Shown here in pieces: positions 40,463-52,188 of a stretch of DNA of 64,000 bases. Source of the DNA: Eledone cirrhosa (lineage: Eukaryota); the NCBI GenBank assembly GCA_964016885.1, contig OZ024740.1, forward strand, positions 359,166,001 to 359,230,000, read 5' to 3'. How positions within the stretch are numbered: position 1 is the first letter of the stretch; every line of letters starts with the position of its first letter. Below the pieces are notes generated by a model, which was not told where the DNA came from, ran no database searches, and was given only the letters and a program-made list of their open reading frames with translations. The position numbers and the translations under genes were made by a program.

Positions 40463-41460
40463 GTTCTAGTATTAAGGTAGAGAGAGATATATGTGGTTAG
40501 GAGAGAAAACAGCCGTTACATAGAGAGAAAAGAAAAATATCCAGAGATAAACGAGGCAGATTTAAAACATTATGTTTCATCAATGTAAAAATATCAATTC
40601 GTATGAATTAGGTATTATAATGTAAATATCAGTATTCATGAATGAGACACGTATCAATAATGTGTGAAAAATAATGATCATATGTCTAGTTTAAAATTCC
40701 TAGGTTTATATCAGAACTGAGATAAAAAACTGAGATAAAAAAAAACTGAGATAAAAAACTGAGATAAAAAACTTCAAAAAAAATTGAAATACATAAGTAT
40801 ATATGCACTTTCATGAAAAAAGAAAAAGAAAAAGAAAATAGAAGGTTATCCCAGATTCGATACTATAGACTTCCATGTGAATTTACGTGATCAACTCTGC
40901 AAATTCCTATTTCACATGAAAACATTCTCAATGTGCTATAAAAATTCTAGTATACATATATGTGTACATACACACAAATATATATAGAATCTACATTAAT
41001 TTTAACAATACTATTCTTTTCTTTACTCTACATGATTATCGTTCAAGCATAAATAGACAACAGATATCAATATATCAATAAAAATACCAAAAAATTAAAA
41101 AATATTAAAAATAAAACACAGTATGCCCCGCAAATCAACCACAGAGATCAACCCTTCAAAATGAATTGACAATATATTGCCAAGTTCATTATAAGCCTCA
41201 GAATCAAAAGCAAACAAAACCAAAATTATTTACCAAATCCTGTCTAGCAGAAATCATTCCAAAAGTTTAGGATACCCATTTGATCTACAGATGGTCTTAT
41301 ATTTATTATAGAAGTTTATCTAGTGTAAAATTTATTCGATATATTTGGAGCATCAGCTTTTAGGGTAGTTTAATTATTCATGAAGAATGTTTAAAAAAAA
41401 AAAGAAATCGAAAGATTTATCGGCGAGTTTCATAATAATTATAAATCATAAGTAAATATA

Positions 41461-43684
41461 CTACATTTTAAATTTATATTTATATTTAAAAGTTGAGTTC
41501 AATCTATGTCTCAGGCAACTGAATAAATTTGTCCGTAAATTAAGGGAATTTTTAAATTTTAGTATAAAGAATATCTCCTCCGCGCAGAGGTCACATGTCT
41601 CAGAGGATGAATTAAAAGGAATCCCTCTTGAGACTATATTCCAAGCCGTCGAATATCCAACGTTATCATGCTTAAGTTGCCAGAGTAAGCCTGATAGTGA
41701 TGTTGAAGATTTTTTGCTTGGATCTGTGAAAGAATTCTTGTGGTTATTATAGCGAAGTTTAAATTCTGTCGAGGTGGAACCAACATAGTTAAAAGAATTT
41801 AAGTCCGTTTTAACATTACAGTTGTATATTATATTTTTAACTAAGCAATTGTTATTTAACGGACATTTAGATCTATCTCTACAGTTACATTTGTTTACTT
41901 GGATATTATTTATGCTATTATCGGTATTTTGGCTAGATTTTAAATTCCTATTATTTATTCTATTAATATTTTGTGCTAAATTTTTGGTGGATGAGTAAGT
42001 TAATTTTATAGTATGTCTATTGAAAATTGAGTGATACCTATGTGTTCTAGGGAAGCGATTATCAAGAGTATTAAAAAATAGTTTAGCGATGTGGGTTTTA
42101 ATGTTTAGTGAGAAAGGGGGGGCAAACCATATTATATTCCTAGTTCTATTTCTTTTTTGGCTTTTGGAATTATTGTAATGCTTTCTATTATAGTTGTTAA
42201 AGTTGTTGCCGTAATTAAAATTGTTGTTATTTTGGTTAGTTTGTCTATTATTATCTATGTATAATAATTTTATCACTATATCCTGCTGTAGCTAACGCTT
42301 CATTGTAATACTGGGCTTTTTCGTCGAAAATCTTTTTATTAGATGAGATTCTAGAGATACGTTTTTGAACAGAGTTCACTATAGTATTTTTAACAGATCT
42401 GGGGTGGTTAGAGTTAAAACTGACATAGTTTAAGTTTTCATTCAACTTGTGAAATGGATAGTGAAGACATGTGTTGAGATTTAATGTTACATCTAGGAAA
42501 TTGACTATTCTATGGTTAGTCTCAATTTCTATTTTTAGATTAAAGTAATTAAAAAATTGTGTAATTTGTTTTCTTTTTCTATTTAGTTCAGAGTTATTAT
42601 TTTCAATAAGTAAAAGCATGTCATCTCTATATAAACCTCCGGTAGCACCGGGTATTTTCCTATGCAGCGAATTGATTATAAATAGGCCCACAAGGTCAGT
42701 TACCTGAGCTGAGTCGGATGATCCCATAGTAATGTCGAAATTGTTATCTCTATCTGCTCTGGTTCATAGTTGGTCATTAAATTCTATCAATGTTTTCCTA
42801 GCCGATAATATAATGTGCATTTCATTGCTAGTTAGGTCTGTATGTTTGAATGCGTAATTTAGTGCCTTATTTAGTAGATTAGGGGTAATAGATGAATAAT
42901 AGTTAGCAATATCTAGTTGAATAAATTTATTATTATTGTTATATTTAATTTCTTTAAACCACTCAATAACCTCTCCAGTTCCCTTCCACAAGCTCAAGTT
43001 AGGTAAACAATTCAAGTTTTTAATTTGCTGTATCACCCTGTCTAGAATGTTTTTGCTTAGTTTACCCAGGTCAGATTTTGATGGTGCAATCAATCTGACT
43101 GGCAGGTCATTTTCAAAATTTCTTTTGTGATCTTTCATATTGATCTTCGGTTTCCTGGGCACGAAAGGTTGTGTTCTGTTCTCAATTTCCAACTCATGCA
43201 TTATACAAGATGCCTCAACATTCATTTTCTCAAGCTCGGCCTTATCTGCTACCTTGTACTTTTTCCTCAGTTCTTTCAGTATGAGGCCATTATACATGTC
43301 TTTTTGCACTCCATAGAGGTTGTTGGTCTTGTCAGATTTCACCAAGATCTTCTCAGTTTTCTCTAAGCTCTCAATATTATCCTTAATGCCTTTCAGATAT
43401 TCCTGGCCTTTGAAGTTTCTCTTGAATTTGACTCCTTGTATGATAGAAATTATATCGTTTTCAAAGTCAAATAAAAGTTTGTTGGGGGGTGGATTTTTTT
43501 TAGATTTGAAAACTTTGTCTAAGTCCGAGACATTTTCATTTATATTAGATTTATCAAAGTGGAATGCACGCCACCTGATTCTCCTTATAAAAGAGTCCGA
43601 TTTATCTATTAATTGTTTAATAAAGTCTTTGTTTCTAGGTAGAGGTATGTCTTTTAAAGAGGAAGAAATCTTAAAGAATTCCAT
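41461..43684 (-). pseudogene. Penelope-like RT/GIY-YIG endonuclease polyprotein (one nonsense codon, one frameshift)
   Basis: KSDKTNN, LDIANYYSSI, FDITMGSSDSAQVTDLVGL, GLYRDD, FLDV; then IIWFAPPFS, CNC.....CPL...C, IIY..YVGST, RYNNH, CDLC; in-frame TGA at 42764-42766, frameshift near 42270. Confidence 0.93.
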
Positions 43685-44345
43685 TTTTTCAGTTATAATA
43701 TAAAGCGCTCAACAGTATTGGAGCAAGATATATGCAAAGTTTTATTTAAATTGTTGGGTTACAACGAGTAAATATTTATAACTGATATAAAAGCACTCAA
43801 CAAGTATTTGGAGTATATTTACGATATTAAATAAATGGAAGTCTATAGTATCAAATCTGGGATAACCTTCTATTTTCTTTTTCTTTTTCTTTTTTCATGA
43901 AAGTGCATATATACTTATGTATTTCAATTTTTTTTGAAGTTTTTTATCTCAGTTTTTTTATCTCAGTTTTTTAACTCAGTTCTGATATAAACCTAGGAAT
44001 TTTAAACTAGACATATGATCATTATTTTTCACACATTATTGATACGTGTCTCATTCATGAATACTGATATTTACATTATAATACCTAATTCATACGAATT
44101 GATATTTTTACATTGATGAAACATAATGTTTTAAATCTGCCTCGTTTATCTCTGGATATTTTTCTTTTCTCTCTATGTAACGGCTGTTTTCTCTCCTAAC
44201 CACATATATCTCTCTCTACCTTAATACTAGAACTAAATAAATAAATAAATAAATAAATAAATATATCATTGATACGTCATTCAACTGGTGCCCAACTACC
44301 TATTTTCTTTCTCTCTATCTCTATCTATATCTATCTCTCTCTATA

Positions 44346-44398
<53 letters not shown>

Positions 44399-44654
44399 AT
44401 CTATCTCCCTCTGTGTTTTTTCTCTCTCTATCTATCTCTCTCTGTTTCTTTACATGAATTTCTTCTCTCTATCTATCTCTCTATATCTATCTCTCTCTGT
44501 TTAGTTGCATGCATTTCTTCTTTTTCTTCGCTTTTTTTCTTTCTTTCTTTTTATAACTGTCCCTAACATTTTTCACTACCAAATCAACTTTTTAAATGGA
44601 AGTTGAAGTTGTAAGGTATGTCAAATCTATCTATTTATAAGACTGTTTATATTG

Positions 44655-44720
44655 TATTTTGTCTGAAGAAGGCATACCATATTTTTAATATGATATCCCT
44701 GAAATATATATAATGAAATA
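44655..44720 (+). ncRNA. Type I hammerhead in inverted pLTR
   Basis: Reverse complement of 39978-40043. Confidence 0.75.
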
Positions 44721-44846
44721 AATATGGTTTTATAAATATAGTTTCCATTTATTTAATATCGTAAATATACTCCAAATACTTGTTGAGTGCTTTTATATCA
44801 GTTATAAATATTTACTCGTTGTAACCCAACAATTTAAATAAAACTT

Positions 44847-44882
<36 letters not shown>

Positions 44883-44894
44883 GAGAGAGAGAGA

Positions 44895-44987
<93 letters not shown>

Positions 44988-45449
44988 GGGTATGATGGGA
45001 AGGAAGAGAGAGAAAGGTGGTGTGAAAGAGTATTTGAGAAAAAGTAGACAGAAAGAAAAGAGATATATTGGGAGAGAGAGAAAACAAAAATGAAAAAACA
45101 GTCAGCCAAATAATACACCTGAAAAATAATACGCAGAATTTAGACGTCAGTGAAAGCAGAACAGATGACAAAGGTTGGTCTCATTATAATATAGATAATT
45201 ATTATGGAATGGCGGATTGGAAGGATGTGTTTTTCCTTGGCTTTCGGTGTTGACTTTTGGGCAACATCGCTTAGCAAAGATTTTCCGGAAATTGGGTGGT
45301 ACTTTTACATGCTTTTGTCACGTAAACCTATTTTACAAGGCAAATTTAATTTTCTTTGACTGAGTTTCCCCAAAAAAGAGACTGTTATTAACATTTCGAA
45401 ATTTGTTTTGGTTCGACTTGATTTGAAATTACATTGAGTCCGTGAAACA

Positions 45450-46500
45450 ACGCCCAACGAAGCAAATTAAAATTAAACAATTATGGGAATATGGAACAGA
45501 CAAACAGGAATACGACTTACTTGCAACTGTACAACCATGGTTTTTTAGAAGGAAGTCTCTGATTTCGGAAGGAAAAGTTTTTCGTTTTTTTTTTTTGTTG
45601 TTGAAAACAAAAATTAACGACAATTTAATATTGCCATTAATGTCATCAATTGATATGTGTACGTGGACTCAGTTTATCTGGGCTTGCTCATGTTGGACCT
45701 TTGAATATGGATAAAGCAGTGGAAAAATGTATTCAAAAGGGTTGGACTGCTTTGTTCGGATTATATATTTAGAATCAAGATAGGGAGGGGTTCTTTTTGC
45801 CCTCAAATGGACAGTTAGGATACCTAAACTAGTAACATACATATATAGAGAGGAGAGAAAAGCGTATGGCACGGTCTGCCTTGCCTATAGCACCGAGGAT
45901 GAGACTCAAAGATGAACATAGATTATGCTGTCTTAGTGTGGGCGCCATGTCAAAGGCAATATGCAGAACAGAAATCCCAGTTGTTACACTTATGGCAACA
46001 AAATCCATTTAAGGGCTTTCTGCTCTAAAACCTGGAAAAGTGGAGTGAAAATAGGCAGGTTCTCAAGCAGCATCAGTTGTATCATCGATTGCAGCTTCGT
46101 GGATGGATGTGTATGTATGGGCGTGTTGTTGAAAACACGTCTCTTGTAGGGTTCCAATTTTTTTTCTAGTTGCTTTGTGTTGGTTGTACTTTCGTAATAT
46201 ACTCTTTCTTATAAAATTTTCTATATCCTTTTCGAGTATTGCTTCGTTCATATGTTTATAGTATATATTTTAGATTGGCTATTTTGTTGGGGCATATTCC
46301 TTCCAAATTGTATACGGATATACTGTCGCATTTTAGTTTTGTGTGAAAAACGTGACCGTAAAATATGCATACAGAAGCATTTACTTCTCGTGTCCTTTTA
46401 CACATTTTCTTTTATTTCCGAGATGTGAAAGGTAATGTCTCACCATTTCTTATTTTGAGGTGTTATGCACCCGAGTAGATTCAAAGTACGAATTTTCTTC
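45450..46500 (-). pseudogene. Possible highly decayed piggyBac-like transposase
   Basis: Minus-strand fragments AAIDDT...P.K.GF and LGILTV..RAKR weakly recall piggyBac motifs. Confidence 0.35.
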
Positions 46501-47704
46501 GAATTATTTCTCATATTTGTGTGTCATTGTGGTGCATTGTTTTTACTTTTACTGTATGCAGTTCATATTTGACTTGTAATACATGTTCTGTTAACGTAAA
46601 TTTGATTTTTGTTTATTGTTATTATATCAAAAAATAGAAGATGTCGTGTTATTTGTGTTTCTTGTAAAGACTGATGAAAAACAATATGACTACGGTAGTC
46701 ATTGTGGCAGATGACATCCTTGATGCTCGTATTAGACTTCCTCCTTCAGGTGGCATGAAAGAAAACACGCATCATTCGCGTTTTAAAATCAATTATCGAA
46801 ATAGCAGGTTATTATGAAGTGTTGCACTAACAGTATTTAATGAACTATAATGACAATAATTAGTAAGAAAACGGTAATATGAATGGTTATGCGTGTGATA
46901 ATAATTCCAACAGCAACTGTGACAAATGGGGCAATTGTGATGCCTGCAACAAGGACGGCGACACTGACAGCCGCCATAAGGAAAAGGGTAACAGTCAAAA
47001 GAGCGCGATTCTTTTATATTCACTATTTCCATTCTTATAAACTTACATAAGAACGTGATAGCTAACATAAATGGAAGAATTCTTCCAAGATAACACTTAC
47101 ATTTTGATACAGTCGCCATAAAGTAATTTGTCTTCATATTCCTAATTAACTCAAACTGGACCATATGAAGAAATACTGGTTTGATCTCGGGTATGTAGAT
47201 TAATTCTTGGAAGAAAATAAAAGGAAAACCTCCCCGATGCCTTAGTGCCTGATATGTGGCTCATTATACGAAATCAGTGCATAATAATGGCAATCCCAAC
47301 AGAGTGATCTGCTGATTTGTTGTGACATTAAAGATTTCAATAATCTAGCAGACACTTTTATATACTGATGCAAGAACTATCTCGAGATAAAACTAATGTT
47401 GTTATTGTTTAATCACTAGTCGGCTCTGATATACCATCCTATGATCAAAGACAAACATGTGTTATTCAAACCTAGCGCATTTAACACAGTTTATCCATGT
47501 CCTTGCTTTTTAATGGCAGCTGGTTTTAATTTGAGTATACTATTTCTACCAGATTGAATAACTACGTAAAGTCTATCTCTAAAGCAGAGAACTAAAATGG
47601 TGGATAAACTAAAATACCTTTTTATTGACGTATTGATGAGAATAATGCAGATTCATTTTTAATTTCTTTCGAAGAGAGGGAATTGTACTTCACGTTTAAA
47701 TAAT

Positions 47705-47837
47705 TGTTTCTACTTTTGGCACAAGACCAGCAATTATCCCAGTGTATTACTAGTGCTTTATTTTATCGACCCCGTAAGGATGAAAGGCAAAGTTAACCTC
47801 GGCGGCATTTGAACTCAGACCGTAAAGGGGCGTAACC
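47705..47837 (-). mobile_element. SINE family 1 with 15-bp TSD
   Basis: TSD tcacgtttaaataat at 47690-47704 / tcacgcttaaataat at 47838-47852. Confidence 0.85.
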
Positions 47838-48322
47838 TCACGCTTAAATAATGTGACCATCTCCAGTAATTCTTTACCCTTCCACACGGACACAAACTCA
47901 TCCAGATTTCTTTTACATCCCCACAAAACTGAACACTTGTAAACACCACTACCTCTTCCCTCATTAACTACACCTATTTTCATCACTTTCTAATGCCTTC
48001 GCAAACTCTCCTTCTCTTCTCCATTATCCTTGACCTTGAACTTCTCTCTCATATCACTCCTTTTCTCTGCTATGTTCACCATCTCCTTCTCATCCCTATC
48101 TCCAGCCATGTATACTTCATACTTCTACGTAGCCTAACCATTATATATACTGAATCTTACATTACTTACTTCACTAATCAAGCATCGCTTTGCTGACACA
48201 TCATAACTATACTGTAAAAAATGAATAAATCAATTCACCAATATATAATATTGGCTACTAGGATTACTGGATGAGCATCCAATGCACACCACACACACAC
48301 ATATACACACATACACACACAG

Positions 48323-48398
<76 letters not shown>

Positions 48399-48419
48399 CA
48401 TGCACATTATTATGCTTGT

Positions 48420-48600
48420 GGCATAGAGTTATGGTCATTTACGTTCTAAGTTCAAATCCAGCCGAGTTTAGCTTTACCTTTCATCTTTACGGAGCGTATT
48501 AAAAAAAGTACCAGTAACGTACTGAGTTCGATTTAATCGACTTTACCCCGTCGGTTTGTGCTTAAACCAGAAACCATTATTATCATTGTTGTTGTTGTTT

Positions 48601-48659
<59 letters not shown>

Positions 48660-48660
48660 A

Positions 48661-48705
<45 letters not shown>

Positions 48706-48722
48706 CAGCAGAGGTGGTGGTG
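48420..48722 (+). mobile_element. Older SINE family 1 copy whose tail grades into (GTT)n/(GTA)n microsatellite
   Basis: gttcaaatcc + tttacctttcatctttacgg core, ending agaaaccattattat then trinucleotide arrays. Confidence 0.75.
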
Positions 48723-50520
48723 ATGGTTTCTTTATTAGACACACATGTCTTATACCAAGAAAACATTAAAGAACTTCACAAGACGATACAATTGTTCTTT
48801 CGAGTAAAACGTGTTATAATAGAAAACAAAAAAAAAACATGTAAAAATTCAAACAAAGGAACACTCCCCAATTTGAGGGAGGCTTTCATGAGTAACTCAT
48901 AGAGAAAGCCCCAAAATAGCACGGTCGCCCTGACCGCTAGAGAAAGTGCCCTCTCTCCAATCTACAAGTGCATCCTCAGTGCTGGTCCATTCACTCGAAC
49001 CAATTCGCCACTCGCACCTACCTTTCAACAAACTGGTTGGAAGAGAGCACGTCCCTCTCCACGGTTATTTACCTCTTCAAGTGAAACATGAAAAGGTTAA
49101 TCACCGCTACTAGGTAACAGGAAAGTACTTGCCTTCAACCCTTTCAAACGCGTCTACCACACGACCTCTTTTGCCATGACCGCCAGGCAGGATAAAAACT
49201 GCCTGTTCTTCCTGGCAAAAAGAAGGTGATGGGGTGATCTTTAAGATGGACTCAGATGATAGTCAGATCCGTCCTACGCGTAACAACAGGTCTTCGACGT
49301 AAACTCATGTCAGCAATATTTCGACACTGGTCGAGTGCATGCAGAACAGTTTCGTTACCCTGAGCACATCTCGAACTGGCCCGGCTGATGGCACTTCCGT
49401 ACCTGACGTATTTATCTCAAACTGGCAATGCTCCTCAGTAACACTGCCTGGTCAGGAATTTATGGACGTTATCCATGAGCCTTGCAACGAAGGTCCTCCA
49501 CAATAAATGGCTTGTTGATTTTCGTCGACGCCTGGAGCCTCCCCAAGAACGTCATCACATTTTTCCGTCACTAACTCTCTGTAGAACGTCAAGGTGGTGT
49601 TTCCAACGGTCCTAATGTCCGATTGGCAGAGGGCTGTGAGTGCTTGAAGATATTCTAGTTTCCATCTGCTCACACTCGGTCTTCGCTTGAGCCAGAACTG
49701 CAGCTTTGACGTGGACCAGGACAGAGAATGACGGTCAAGCAGTAGTAGATAACAAACACGATGTATGCATTCGCCATTTTGTTCGACCTATCAGAAATAG
49801 CTTCCTTTTGTCTCATTTCTGAGTGAGAGTGGCCACTGAGAGTCGTCCCTGTTTTTATCCATTTGGAGGTCTGGATCAAATCAGACGCCGAGTAATTTAA
49901 ACGGACCATCCGGTCAGCACCCGACGACGCAGTTGGATGGCATGGACATACCTCTCCAGGTTCCAAGCTGCAGCCTAACTTCTTTCCCTAGTTAATTTTT
50001 ATTCCTTTTACTTCTTCGTACTCACTGAGAATGGTGACGATCACCTCAATGTGTTTGGTGTACGACACCGTGACATCATCGGCATATGCTGATACTGATC
50101 TCCCACACCTTAATTTGCGTGGGATGCCCCTCAAAGTCTCCAATTTGTACAATTGTAGCTTGAGAGTAAATACATACAACAAGGACGAGAGGGGATAACC
50201 TTGGCGAACTGAGCGCATGCTGTTAAATGGTTCCGGGAAGTGACTGTTCACTCTGACCCTCCTCTGAAGCTGGATCATTGAAGTGCCTTGAGAACTGCTG
50301 GCTGCTTTGATGTCTGCCGCTAGGTCCTGATGGTCGACCCTATCGAAAACTTCGCGTTGAAGAATAAGTCGAACGCTGCGAGAATGTCATTTGTGATGGC
50401 TTTCCTCGGGGCCTCTACGAGCTTTCTAACTGGGTCCCTGTCTATGAAGCCTCTGTAAGTCGACTATAAAGATCATAACTCTGTGGTCTGTGTAGTCGGC
50501 TACTTTGAATTGTGTGCAAC
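48723..50520 (-). mobile_element. Older, deleted L1/Tx1 LINE copy (ORF2 3' part)
   Basis: SVRQGYPLSSLLY, SAYADDVTV, DDVLGE..GVDENQ homologous to 52188-57960. Confidence 0.85.
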
Positions 50521-52142
50521 TTATTGCTAGCCTTATTTACTTCCCAAGTAGTAGAAATAATAATAAGCGAAGTGCAGAAGAGGTGAAAGTGAAATAAAAT
50601 AAACACTTTGCCTCATTTAGATACTCTCTTTATGTTTTGAGTTCAAACCCTATCAGACAGGCTTTGAATTTTGTTCTTCATTTGTTTATAAAATAAAGTT
50701 GAAGTATTTGAGTTGCTTTAATTTACTATGACCTTCAATGCATTGTGTGATCTTAAGCTAATGTTAGAGACTATTAATATTTAAAGTGATAGAAGCGGTA
50801 GAGAACCAGACCAACTGCTTTAAAATATCCGGTTATGTTCCTTTGTGGCAATAATTCTATATCTGTCTCTTTTGTCGATAAAATAAATGCTTGTATGTTA
50901 TGCAATAGGGATCTATTCATTCAGGTGTATCATTTCGCTACATATAGTTATGCATAAAAAAATAGAACTATTTATAGATAGACAAACATACATTTAAAAT
51001 AACATTTTTAAATATGCCTTCTACTGCTTAAATGTGCACTATGATTAATTTTATTTCACCGAATGGTGGTAGTATTTCGAGTCTAGACCCCAGCCTAAGT
51101 TATATCTTCTGTTTGGTGATAACAAAACAAAGTAGGATATGTTTTGTCATGGTGACTAGATCTGGCTTCACTTCTTGAATACAAAGTGTCAGATAGTGAC
51201 CTAACAATTCAACAATTGTTGCATAGTGATGTGCATTTCAGTTTATAATGTGGCATTCATTTTCGTATTTCTAAATATCCGACCATAACAGAGAAATTCC
51301 TAGAAATGTCACACAAATATTACATTACGGGCGTGTATACGAATACTAAAGCATGTTAAAATGATTTATTCATATCTTTTGTCGTCTCATAAATATTTTA
51401 TACGGTGTCCCACTCAGACAAACATCTACTGTTTAATCTAATTTAGCCTTGAGCACATTTTTCAAAGCAGTTTCATACTCCTCACTATTCTAATAGACTT
51501 CAAAGCAAATATCTGAAAACCTAATTGGAATCTCACCAAATATATGATAACTAGGTCACACGCTCTACAACGTTTAACCTCACACACTTGCATAAATCAA
51601 ATTGAGTGCATAAATATATAAAAATATACATATACACAGAAAACAACATGCATGCAAATACAGCTTTCAAAAATAGAGAAACTAAACCTTGCTACAACCA
51701 TAAAAAGTTTATAGAACTATACAGACACAATACCTGATATCTCGTTTCCAGTACTTGACTGGTACTTAATTTGAACTCAGAATGCAAAGGATACTAACTA
51801 GATAACACAAAGCATTGTGCCCGTTATTCTACCAATTCAGCGATCCACCACCTTCACATTATACAAATATTGTTTTCTAACAATGACACAAGGTAACGTT
51901 ATGTCAGCTGGGGAGGTGTAACAGTTCGACCCAATACTTAATTAACCACCACTATAGTTTCTGGATCCCAAACGGAGAAATGGTAAAACTGACCAGAACA
52001 AAATTTAATCTCAAAACTAAAACGACATAACTAAATATCACCATTTTGAGGTAATTATTATTTGTCTGAGGTCCTTAATGCGATTTGACAGATGACTAGA
52101 TAACCCGGTGCATTATTCATCTACACTGCATGGCAGACCGAA

Positions 52143-52187
<45 letters not shown>

Positions 52188-52188
<1 letters not shown>

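Larger units (their letters stand above)
39937..44851 (-). mobile_element. Near full-length Penelope-like retroelement (Naiad-like) with inverted pLTR, inserted in (TA)n
   Basis: RT + GIY-YIG ORF; ~930-bp inverted arms at 39937-40876 and 43835-44761; hammerheads in both arms; TA arrays on both sides. Confidence 0.92.

Noticed and set aside
42764-42766. In-frame TGA in the Penelope ORF as selenocysteine (some Naiad elements are reported to be selenoproteins)
   Set aside because: It falls in FNDQL*TR..FDITMGS, where homologues usually have Trp rather than Cys, and the ORF also has a frameshift; a TGG-to-TGA mutation is simpler.
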